Shown here piece after piece: positions 27,724 to 36,804 of a stretch of DNA of 64,000 nucleotides; the first letter of the stretch is position 1; every line of letters starts with the position of its first letter. The notes below the pieces were generated by a model that saw only the letters and a list, made by a program, of their open reading frames with translations, was not told where the DNA came from and did no database searches. The position numbers were made by a program, and so were the translations under genes. Location: positions 62,001 to 126,000 of IMG/VR virus record IMGVR_UViG_3300032116_014939; one strand, given 5' to 3'.

Positions 27724-28968
27724 TTATAAATTTCCTGTTATTCTATCACACCATCCTTTAGATTCCGAGTGTGGCCAAACCACCCAATATTTAGGTTTTG
27801 AATCAGTTAAGAACTCTCTCCAAACTTTACAATAACCATCAGGGTCTCTTAGCATTCTATCAACTTCACCTTTATCAGCATCTTGTCTGTAAATGGTTTC
27901 ATCTAATTCATTATGGAACGCAACAACCCAAAAGTCATAATCCTTTTCAGGTACTTGAGTAAACCCAATATCAATACAATGTTTGAATACTGATGTAAAT
28001 GATTTTAACCATTCTTCTTCTGAATTGAAGTTATTTGGATTAGGTGGATAACCTTTATCTAATGTATATTGTTGAACGGCTCTCTTTGAAAAGAGTAGTC
28101 CTGAATATTTTTCATAATCTCTTAAACTTCTAACTTTACCAAAACCATATTTTCCGTGATTCATATTTTCCTCACCATCCATACCAAATAGAGAACGATT
28201 TTTCTTGTGAGCAAAATTATTCTTATCCACCCATTGTTTATCGTCGTCCCATTGTTTGGTTCTACCTTTGCGAGTATATTCATGCCAAATCAAAACTTTG
28301 TGTGGGTGGAATAAATCATATCCGTGAGTGTAAGCTCTTGCGGCAATTGAAATCTCTTCTCCGTGAAAATAAAACTCAGGGTCGTGTTGAACTTCTTTAG
28401 CGAACTTACCAAGAGTAAAACAGAAGTGAGCGGAATAAAATCTTGCGGTAACAGGTTCAGTTAGATTTTGCCAACCAGGAATTGTTTCAGGTAAAAAGAA
28501 AACCGCACCTTCAGGAATAAATCTATCAAACGCCATTCTCCACGGCTCGTTAACACGTAAACTTGGGTCATTGTCAGGGTCAAATGATGAAACATATCCT
28601 GTCAATAAAGGTTTCTTATATCCTTTCTTTTGAAGTTGTTTAATCATCTTAATCATCTCATCATCCCAATCTTCAGCAAACCTCATGTGTGAGTCAATTT
28701 GAAGAGTGTAATTTTCCTTATCATACACTTGTTGTATTTGATTTCTCGCCCAACATGCTCCTCTAGATTCATAATAAGGAATATCAATTATTCTAAATCT
28801 TTCATCATCTCTATATTCATCTAAATTATCAAAATTATCATCGCGATGATACTGACGAGCAATACCGAAAACTAAGTTTTCAGGTCGTTTAGCATTTTCT
28901 AATGCAGATTTTATAGTTGGGATTAACTGTGGGTCTCTATAAGACGCAACTTGTATAAAAATTTTCAT
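27724..28968 (-). CDS. GT60-like polypeptide alpha-N-acetylglucosaminyltransferase (Skp1-HyPro GlcNAcT / TcOGNT family)
   Basis: IFIQVASYRDP.L..TI, RPENLVFGI, SRGACWAR, LQIDSHMRF..DWD, LTGY, FYSAHFCF, FHGEEI..AAR.YT.GYD.FHP...IWHEY: the full motif series of the 'GlcNAc' GT60 family. Confidence 0.85.
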   Translation of the reverse strand: MKIFIQVASYRDPQLIPTIKSALENAKRPENLVFGIARQYHRDDNFDNLDEYRDDERFRIIDIPYYESRGACWARNQIQQVYDKENYTLQIDSHMRFAEDWDDEMIKMIKQLQKKGYKKPLLTGYVSSFDPDNDPSLRVNEPWRMAFDRFIPEGAVFFLPETIPGWQNLTEPVTARFYSAHFCFTLGKFAKEVQHDPEFYFHGEEISIAARAYTHGYDLFHPHKVLIWHEYTRKGRTKQWDDDKQWVDKNNFAHKKNRSLFGMDGEENMNHGKYGFGKVRSLRDYEKYSGLLFSKRAVQQYTLDKGYPPNPNNFNSEEEWLKSFTSVFKHCIDIGFTQVPEKDYDFWVVAFHNELDETIYRQDADKGEVDRMLRDPDGYCKVWREFLTDSKPKYWVVWPHSESKGWCDRITGNL

Positions 28969-29021
28969 GTAAACGTTTTACCCAAAATGTATTAATTTTA
29001 AATAAAAATTAAAGAAATAAA

Positions 29022-29828
29022 TTAATAAGTTTGAGCAGTTTGATATGTTTGTCTTGCAACAGTTGCAGTAAAGTTATTTACAGTATGTAGCGTAGTCCAT
29101 GTTGTTCCATTATTACTACCCGCAATAGTCCATGATTTAGGGTCTCTACTTTCAGCATCATTTGCGGTAGCCCATCTATATCCATTAAATGTTTTAGCAG
29201 TTGAGAACTGAAATATAAAATTAGTAACATTTCCGTTTGAGACAAAGTTTAAATCTAATCCTTTTGTTGCCAAATTACCATCAATTAATTTTGAGGGTTC
29301 TTCACCTACAGGATTACTACCACCAGGATTTGTAACGGTAACACCCGTCATACTTTGGTCAACACCATTTAACCTAAAAACAAATTCAGCAGCCTGTACA
29401 GCATTAGCATCAGGTGGCGATGTCTTTGTTTGAGTTATTTGCCATCTATAATAAGTAAATGAACTAACATAAGATGTCCAATATCCTGATGAGTTCAACC
29501 ATGTTTTAGCCGCGGATGCACTTGCAAATGTTTGTGGTGTTCCCGTAAAACTTGATACGTACTGAGACAAACTAATAAAGTTATTATCTGTCTTACCTGA
29601 TGTTCTCCAAAAACCAATATAAGCAGGAACTCCAACAGGATTTGGTTGTGTTCCTGATGGAACAGTATGAGCAATCACATAACCCAAATCTTCATCAGGC
29701 CCATTCCACCATCTTAAACCTGTGGATGTAAACCCACTTGTTGGTGTACCAATAGCAATACTTCCGACTTGTTCTGTCCCTGATATTGTTGAACCTGTGT
29801 TATATGCGAAGGGTCTTGATGTTGCCAT
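29022..29828 (-). CDS. Virion protein with C-terminal discoidin/F5-8 type C (CBM32-like) domain
   Basis: YYRWQIT...LIDGNLATK...GYRWATANDAESRDPKSWTIAGSNNGTTWTTL. Confidence 0.7.
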   Translation of the reverse strand: MATSRPFAYNTGSTISGTEQVGSIAIGTPTSGFTSTGLRWWNGPDEDLGYVIAHTVPSGTQPNPVGVPAYIGFWRTSGKTDNNFISLSQYVSSFTGTPQTFASASAAKTWLNSSGYWTSYVSSFTYYRWQITQTKTSPPDANAVQAAEFVFRLNGVDQSMTGVTVTNPGGSNPVGEEPSKLIDGNLATKGLDLNFVSNGNVTNFIFQFSTAKTFNGYRWATANDAESRDPKSWTIAGSNNGTTWTTLHTVNNFTATVARQTYQTAQTY

Positions 29829-29833
29829 TTTAT

Positions 29834-31651
29834 TTATAATCCATATTTTGATTTAGTATTATTATAGTTTGTTGTTACATCACTGGCGGTTAATCCTGTG
29901 GTATAAAAATAACAGGCACCTATTTTACCATTTAAATAAAGTGATGATATACCAGTACCAATGTAACCCAAATAAAGAGGGTTAGTTTCACTATATGTAT
30001 CAGTACCATGAGCGGTTGTTATATATTCGGTATTATTAATATACACTTTGGTGGTATTAGCAGTTGAGGTAATTCGTGAAACAAATGTAAATAAATACCA
30101 AGTATTAATTGAAACGGTTAACGTAGAGTCGGATATTTTTTGAACCCCCGTTCCATTTGTAACTACCCTCACAACGCCAGCATTCGAGAATAACCCACCC
30201 CAATACCCATCAAATCCAAATGAACTGGATAGTTTTCCAAAGACCGGAACTTGTTGACCTGAACTAGGTAAAACGTCAAATTTAACCCAAACTTGTATTG
30301 TTCTTTGGGTTGTAGTATTTAAACTAAGATTAGCAGTATGAGGTATACTTATTGTATTACTAGTCCCATTTAAATCAAAAATACCTCCGTCAGTAGACAA
30401 CCAAGTGGCACCATTTATAGTTGCGTTATTCCCATTCCCCGTTTCATCAGTCCAAGTACCACTAACATAATTAGTTGCATCTAACTTCATAAATAAATTA
30501 CTACTAATTACCCCACCCTCACTTGTTGATGACGGAGTAATTGTTGGTGTTGGTGTAATTGTATTTGTTGGGGTTTGTGTTGGTGTTGGAGTATTAGTTT
30601 GAGTGTTAGTAGGTGTAATTGTTGGTGTTATTGAAGGTGTTGGAGTTTGAGTATTAGTTGGAGTTGGAGTAGGTGATGGTGAAATAAATCTTGATGAAAA
30701 TGAATTAAAGTTTGTTAACACTTCTGTTGAACTTAAAACTCTATTGTAAGTCATTGCAATTGAAACTCTACCATTTAATAAATTACCTCCTGCGCCATAA
30801 GAACCAATCCTTGTAGAACCATTACCACTTACAGGTGTTTTTTGAGCAGTATATGTACTATCCTGAACACCATTAACATATAGAATGAAACCATTTGTTG
30901 TGTCAAAAGTAAGACATGCATTATACCAAACACCATTACTAAAACTTGTTGTTGAGGGATAAACACCATAATTACCCCAATTTGAGTGTCCACAGTATAA
31001 TTTATTTGAACCTGCAAAATACATAAAGTGTCCACCCGTATCGCTACTTAATAAGTTGTTATCAGCAGTTGAGTTTAGGTAAAACCAAACGTTTTTAGTA
31101 TATGCTGTTATTCCAACAGGAGTACCTGCAACGTTAACATATTGATTACTTCCGTTAAATGTAAGGTATCCATTATTACTTGAACTGAATGTCGGAGTAT
31201 TAATTAATGTTCCGTTGTTACCACTAAAACTTAAATCATCCCATCGTGAACCACTTCTTGGATATGATGAAACATAACCAGCATCAAGTAATAATGTTAA
31301 TCCATTAGTTACAATATCAGGATAATCAAGGTTAACACAAATAAGTCCTGTTTGACCTGTATACCATCCTAACGCTTCGTTAGCGGTACTAAATGTTTGA
31401 CCTGCAAATCCTTGAGTAAACCCAATAAGTTCTGAGTCGTTTTGAGCAACCACTATGGATGGTCCGGCAACAGCCTTGTTTCCATACATGGTATAACCAC
31501 CTGATGGTGGTATAATAGAATTCCAAAATCCTGTAACACTTGTTGGCCCGTATTCCGCACCTTCATTAATACCTAAAACCCAATCCTTAACTTTAATCGT
31601 ATTAGGATGAAAGGACGTTGAGTATTTTATTTTATTTGGTGGTATTGGCAT
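29834..31651 (-). CDS. Virion lectin-like protein with two LamG/ConA-like domains joined by a Pro/Thr linker
   Basis: Start moved to MPIPPNK (31651, TAATG overlap). LLLDAG..SSYP.SG..W.DLS..GNNGTL.N.PT...YNRVLS..EV..N occurs twice in variant form; TPTPTNTQTPTP linker. Confidence 0.75.
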   Translation of the reverse strand: MPIPPNKIKYSTSFHPNTIKVKDWVLGINEGAEYGPTSVTGFWNSIIPPSGGYTMYGNKAVAGPSIVVAQNDSELIGFTQGFAGQTFSTANEALGWYTGQTGLICVNLDYPDIVTNGLTLLLDAGYVSSYPRSGSRWDDLSFSGNNGTLINTPTFSSSNNGYLTFNGSNQYVNVAGTPVGITAYTKNVWFYLNSTADNNLLSSDTGGHFMYFAGSNKLYCGHSNWGNYGVYPSTTSFSNGVWYNACLTFDTTNGFILYVNGVQDSTYTAQKTPVSGNGSTRIGSYGAGGNLLNGRVSIAMTYNRVLSSTEVLTNFNSFSSRFISPSPTPTPTNTQTPTPSITPTITPTNTQTNTPTPTQTPTNTITPTPTITPSSTSEGGVISSNLFMKLDATNYVSGTWTDETGNGNNATINGATWLSTDGGIFDLNGTSNTISIPHTANLSLNTTTQRTIQVWVKFDVLPSSGQQVPVFGKLSSSFGFDGYWGGLFSNAGVVRVVTNGTGVQKISDSTLTVSINTWYLFTFVSRITSTANTTKVYINNTEYITTAHGTDTYSETNPLYLGYIGTGISSLYLNGKIGACYFYTTGLTASDVTTNYNNTKSKYGL

Positions 31652-34600
31652 TATCTTGCAACTTCTGTTATTCTTAACCACATTGATGTAGCCCCATTTA
31701 CTATTGTAATACTATCATCCGCAGAATCTCTACGACACGCAACAACTACTGATTTTGCAGTAGTGTTAGAGTTAGTATATCTTCCCGTTAATGGAAACAA
31801 TACACCACTACGATTACCATTTACAGTACTTTGTTTTGAATATGTTATTTCACTACCATCAATTTTTATTCTAGAAAAATATGAGTCATTACCTGTACCA
31901 CTAGCAAAACTATAATCCGCTAAATGATAATGTATCACTAAATAACTTGTAGAACTTAATGGTGTATAACTATAAGTAACAAAATCAGTATCCGAAGTAC
32001 TGGTAGCAATAGTTGTAGTACTAACAGTTACCTCAGTATTACTCAAAATAATATCGTTAATTACCTGACCGGCTCTCCATGCATTAGCCTTTATAAATCC
32101 TGTAAATACCACATTACCTGAAGTGTCTACGGCCATCTTTACAGCCCCACCAGTTTCATTTAATTTATTTGTGATACGAACTAACTGTCCACTTAAAACA
32201 TCAAATGAACCGTTCCAACTATCAATACCATAGTTTGAATTATTAGCATAATAAAACAAAACACCCGGAGTATCTGTACTATTATTATCAAGAATAACAT
32301 CACCAGTAGCTGACCCCGCCCTTGTAAATGTTCCGTTACCAAGAGAGGTTACACCTGTAGTACTTATATTACCAGTAATAGTCGTGGAACCAATAATTGT
32401 TGTATCACCTGTTACCGCCAGTTTAATTCCATCAAAAGTCATTTTAGCTTGAGCAACCGCAGCGTTAGCTGTTCCATCAGATGTTAATATTCTATTACTA
32501 CCCGGACTTGTAATTGTAGTAAATCCAGTACCTGATGTTCCAGCAGAACCTGAACTACCCGATGAACCTGATGTACCAGAACTACCTGACGTACCAGAGC
32601 TACCACTCGTTCCTGATGTACCCGAAGAACCTCTTGAACCTGATGTACCACTACTTCCACTTGACCCTGAAGAACCTGATGTTCCACTTATCCCATCTAA
32701 ACCACTTGTTCCCGATGAACCACCATTACCTGAGGTACCACTACTTCCTGACGTTCCTGAAGAACCCGATGAACCACTACTACCACTAGTACCTGAACTA
32801 CCCGAAGACCCTGATGTCCCACTACTTCCACTTGAGCCCGAACTTCCCGAAGAACCACTAGTTCCAGATGTACCTGAAGTTCCGTTAACACCACCTGTCT
32901 GATAATATGTATTACCACTAGTATCAACAACAACATAACGAGTATTTCCTGTTGAACTTGTAATTCCTGTAACAGTTAAACTACTTGTTGTTGTTCTACC
33001 TGAACCATTAAAATGAATTCTATCAATACCTGAACCATCTTGAATAACTAACACATTGTCGGCATCCGACGCACTACCTCTTCTAAAAGTAATTCCATCA
33101 AGAGTTGAGTTAGTTGTTATTTCTGGTTCAGATGAGTTGTTATATGCTTGTTGTAATGTAGTTGTCGCAACACCTCCCGCAGAACCTACAGTTTCACCAA
33201 ATTTTGATGCAAAAAAGAATTGAGCTTTAGATGAATCACTTAAATCAGTTGCAGTACTTACAACTGATAAAACACCAATTAAAATACCATTACTTGTAAA
33301 ATTACTAAACGTATTAAATTGTTCAGTTGCAAGACCAGCGATTGCTGCAGATAACTGATTATATTCTGTTTGACCATATTGAACTCTAAATTGACCATTT
33401 TGAACCAAATAAATTCTTTGGTTGGTTGCCTTTGTTCCTGTAAGAGGAGTAACAACTCCACCAACATCATAATTTAACGGGTCAATAAATGTTGTATTTG
33501 ATGCGGTACCACCTGTTTGTGTTCGATATTGAAAAGTACAAGGACTTGTACCTGTAACATATAACGCGTTTGGAGTTAGTGTACTTGACGCAAAATTAAT
33601 ACCTAAACCATAAAGATATCCTGCACTTGTATTAAAACTTAAATTAACACCATTAGCTGACGGATATATTCCACCATTTATAAGATTAATAGGAACAAAC
33701 ATGTCCCTGAGTTGAGCTAATGGAGATAGTACAAAATCAGGTTGACTGAACGCGTTAATAATATTTGTTTTGTTTGCATGACCTAATTTACCTAAAAATA
33801 TATTTTGTCTTCTTTGTTGTTCCGTTAGTTCAATATTTGATTGAGCAATAGTCGACCCACTTGTAAGATATACCCAAGTCTCAGTATCAGTATTAACATA
33901 TATTGCAGTATGAGTACCACCACTATAATCAACATAATAGATTTGAGGACTTAATGGATTTGTTGTATCATCAACTATCCACCCTTTAACAGGTGCAACT
34001 CTAAACGTTGTTGTGGATACAATTGATAATCCTGTAAATACAAATACACCTGTTGAGTTATTAACAGTACTTCTATCTTGTCCTAAAATTACCCATTGAG
34101 AACCATTACTCACAAGTTGTGCGGCGTTTGTTTCACTTAGAATTAATAAAGTTTTATCGTCAATCTTTTCACTCCCATAGGGTAGAATAGTTACCGCACC
34201 TCCACCATTATTTTTGATAGCTAATAGTCGACCTTGAATACCAACTGCGGTTGGTAATTGTACATTAAAGGTACCACCAGTAATGTCCACCATATAATCT
34301 GAAGGTGTAATATTATATGTACTAGTAACGGTTTTTTGAGGAAATGTGATACCACCTGTAGATGTTATCCCACTAGTCTGAGTTAAACCTGTAACAGTTA
34401 AAGTACTAGCGGTTAATCCGCTTGTAAAATAAGTATTACCATAAACAGTTCCACCAGTTAATGGTAAGTAATCACCACTAACACCTCCACCACCTGGTAT
34501 GGTAACTGTAACCGCAGGACCTCCTGTTGCATTAACACCTGAGCCAACAAAATCAATAGATGTTACCCCTGATGTTAATAAACTACCTTCGTTATAAATC

Positions 34601-35763
34601 GATATAGCGTTTCCTGATATACCACTACTTCCTGAACTACCAGAAGAACCCGGAGAACCTGTTGGACCTGAAGTACCCGATGTACCAGAACTTCCTGATG
34701 ACCCACTACTACCTGATGAACCTGAACTACCATTTGTACCAGTACCTCCACCTCCACCATTAACAGGAATAACTGTAACAATCAAAGAAGGGATTGCCGG
34801 ATGTAACGCAGTTGCCGCCTGAGCATATAAAGATATATTAGTATTATCTGTCGCCCACATTAATTCAACATATGTTCCAGCGGTAACTGTAACCAAGAAG
34901 TCCCAAGCCGCAACAACATATCTATTATTAGTTTGAACTGTAACTTGAGTATCAGTATAAGGAACGTCAACACCATTTTGCCTTAACCATATATCAACAT
35001 CTTCACCCGAACCACCACCTCCATTATTACTTAATTGAACTGAAAATTGGATGTCATATGTTCCCGCACTTGCGAAAGTAATCTGACTACCCGAAACAAT
35101 TGTGATACCACTAGCCTCAGCGACACTATTTAACCTCATTGGATAAGCGGTATTAATCAAAGAAGCGGTTTGTCCTGAAGTATCATAGAATGAACCATAA
35201 GCATTCGCTCCCGTAACACCACCTGACGAACCCGTTACAAACTTTCTCCATACCGCAGTAGTATATGTTGCCCCACTAACATCTTCAATAGTGTTAGCCG
35301 TCCAAGAATTAATAAACGACTGACCCGCAGCCGTTTTATTATTTATTGTTGTTCCAAAATTAGAAACCTGAGCACATCCCGTACTAGCAGTCGCAGCATT
35401 AAATAACGTCTCGTAATCATTAATATGGTATTGATAAACTTGGTCAACCTCATAAACATAAGCCAACATACCAAGTCGTCTTCTACCTGATGAGATGTTA
35501 TCTGAAGCCAAAGTAATTACATCAGGTGACCAAGCATCTCCCGTTCCTTTTGTAAACTCAATAGGAATAGTATTACCCGAATATTCAATACTTCCCGTGG
35601 TACCTGATGGTATTGTATAATAGAGGTCAGATAAACTGAACACCTCCATGTAACCACCCGTATTATTAACACTGAAAGTAGTACCATACGTATTGTTTCT
35701 TGGTACAGTTTGTGTTCCATTTGCTTGGATAGATGATATTGGGTTTTTATATGGGAAACTCAT
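31651..35763 (-). CDS. Fibre protein (1370 aa) with short Gly-X-Ser repeats; mosaic of the modules in both giant fibres
   Basis: SSGRRRLGM N-domain, LPTAVG..G....IKNNG module, GSS/GTS tracts at about 32530-32885 and 34620-34740, RILTSDG..AQAKMTFDG. Confidence 0.7.
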   Translation of the reverse strand: MSFPYKNPISSIQANGTQTVPRNNTYGTTFSVNNTGGYMEVFSLSDLYYTIPSGTTGSIEYSGNTIPIEFTKGTGDAWSPDVITLASDNISSGRRRLGMLAYVYEVDQVYQYHINDYETLFNAATASTGCAQVSNFGTTINNKTAAGQSFINSWTANTIEDVSGATYTTAVWRKFVTGSSGGVTGANAYGSFYDTSGQTASLINTAYPMRLNSVAEASGITIVSGSQITFASAGTYDIQFSVQLSNNGGGGSGEDVDIWLRQNGVDVPYTDTQVTVQTNNRYVVAAWDFLVTVTAGTYVELMWATDNTNISLYAQAATALHPAIPSLIVTVIPVNGGGGGTGTNGSSGSSGSSGSSGSSGTSGTSGPTGSPGSSGSSGSSGISGNAISIYNEGSLLTSGVTSIDFVGSGVNATGGPAVTVTIPGGGGVSGDYLPLTGGTVYGNTYFTSGLTASTLTVTGLTQTSGITSTGGITFPQKTVTSTYNITPSDYMVDITGGTFNVQLPTAVGIQGRLLAIKNNGGGAVTILPYGSEKIDDKTLLILSETNAAQLVSNGSQWVILGQDRSTVNNSTGVFVFTGLSIVSTTTFRVAPVKGWIVDDTTNPLSPQIYYVDYSGGTHTAIYVNTDTETWVYLTSGSTIAQSNIELTEQQRRQNIFLGKLGHANKTNIINAFSQPDFVLSPLAQLRDMFVPINLINGGIYPSANGVNLSFNTSAGYLYGLGINFASSTLTPNALYVTGTSPCTFQYRTQTGGTASNTTFIDPLNYDVGGVVTPLTGTKATNQRIYLVQNGQFRVQYGQTEYNQLSAAIAGLATEQFNTFSNFTSNGILIGVLSVVSTATDLSDSSKAQFFFASKFGETVGSAGGVATTTLQQAYNNSSEPEITTNSTLDGITFRRGSASDADNVLVIQDGSGIDRIHFNGSGRTTTSSLTVTGITSSTGNTRYVVVDTSGNTYYQTGGVNGTSGTSGTSGSSGSSGSSGSSGTSGSSGSSGTSGSSGSSGSSGTSGSSGTSGNGGSSGTSGLDGISGTSGSSGSSGSSGTSGSRGSSGTSGTSGSSGTSGSSGTSGSSGSSGSAGTSGTGFTTITSPGSNRILTSDGTANAAVAQAKMTFDGIKLAVTGDTTIIGSTTITGNISTTGVTSLGNGTFTRAGSATGDVILDNNSTDTPGVLFYYANNSNYGIDSWNGSFDVLSGQLVRITNKLNETGGAVKMAVDTSGNVVFTGFIKANAWRAGQVINDIILSNTEVTVSTTTIATSTSDTDFVTYSYTPLSSTSYLVIHYHLADYSFASGTGNDSYFSRIKIDGSEITYSKQSTVNGNRSGVLFPLTGRYTNSNTTAKSVVVACRRDSADDSITIVNGATSMWLRITEVAR

Positions 35764-35772
35764 TTACTATAA

Positions 35773-36777
35773 TTATATATCAACCTTACTTCCTCTAAAA
35801 TAAAGGTCGTAAGTATTATCCAATTCAAATGTATTTGATGGGTATGTAGTATAAACTCTATAAGTTGTTTTTGCAATAGTATTACCCGTATAAGTAAATG
35901 TATTAGTATAAATTGTCGGTTCCATCTTTACACTTGTAAAGACATTTGGATTTACAATTCCTAAATCAATCTCAATCTGATATTGGTTATTTGTTAAATT
36001 AGTCGGTATTATCCAAGTGTACCATGCTTTACATCCAATAGTATTTTCAGGTACTTTAACTGTTGGGAAATTATATCGAATATACGGATTACCATATGTA
36101 TCAAATCCCCCACTTGTTCCTGGCACAATTTGTTTTATAATACTTGGAAACAATCCTGTTGTCCATCCCGAAAAATTAACATATTTATTCATGTCCAAAT
36201 CAAATGTACTCGCTGAACTACTCGGTTGTGTAGTATTTGTAAACCCATAAAAACTTGAGCCAAGTGAGTTCATGTATGAACCAATACTTGATGAACCTGA
36301 ATACGGTTCAATGAATAAATAAGCGTAAATAGGAGTTTCAGGTGTCACAGTTGGAGTAGGGGTTCTTGTAACAGTTGGAGTAATTGTCTGAGTTGGGGTA
36401 TGAGATGGTGTAACTGTTTGTGTAGGTGTAATACTTGGTGTTATACTCGGTGTCGGTGTAAATGATGGAGTGATACTTGGTGTTGGAGTATTTGACGGAG
36501 TTAAAGAAATTGTTGGAGTAACACTTGGAGTAATACTTGGTGTTGGTGTTGGTGTTACACATATATATTCTTGTGTAAAAACACATCCTGTTGAATCAAC
36601 TATTTTAATTAAAACTTTTGGTGCCGATGAATATGGACTCGGAATATTAAAACTAACAGATGGTGGAATATAATCATATATAGTTGTCACAGTTTGACAA
36701 GAATATTGAAATATATCACAAACTGAAATAACATAAGGAGGTGTTCCTCCCAAACTATCTATTGTTACTAAACTCAT
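35773..36777 (-). CDS. Fibre adaptor protein with Cys N-domain and Pro/Thr linker
   Basis: [21 protein letters not shown] linker near-identical to the one in 22344..23549; paralogous C-domain. Confidence 0.6.
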   Translation of the reverse strand: MSLVTIDSLGGTPPYVISVCDIFQYSCQTVTTIYDYIPPSVSFNIPSPYSSAPKVLIKIVDSTGCVFTQEYICVTPTPTPSITPSVTPTISLTPSNTPTPSITPSFTPTPSITPSITPTQTVTPSHTPTQTITPTVTRTPTPTVTPETPIYAYLFIEPYSGSSSIGSYMNSLGSSFYGFTNTTQPSSSASTFDLDMNKYVNFSGWTTGLFPSIIKQIVPGTSGGFDTYGNPYIRYNFPTVKVPENTIGCKAWYTWIIPTNLTNNQYQIEIDLGIVNPNVFTSVKMEPTIYTNTFTYTGNTIAKTTYRVYTTYPSNTFELDNTYDLYFRGSKVDI

Positions 36778-36804
36778 TTAATGATAAATAGTTTTTCAAC
36801 TATT

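Noticed and set aside
23949-28968. GT operon as a DNA hypermodification system
   Set aside because: Not excluded but disfavoured. It lies amid fibre genes about 26 kb from the nucleotide-metabolism block, no hydroxymethylase or base-modifying genes are adjacent, and GT60 enzymes act on proteins.
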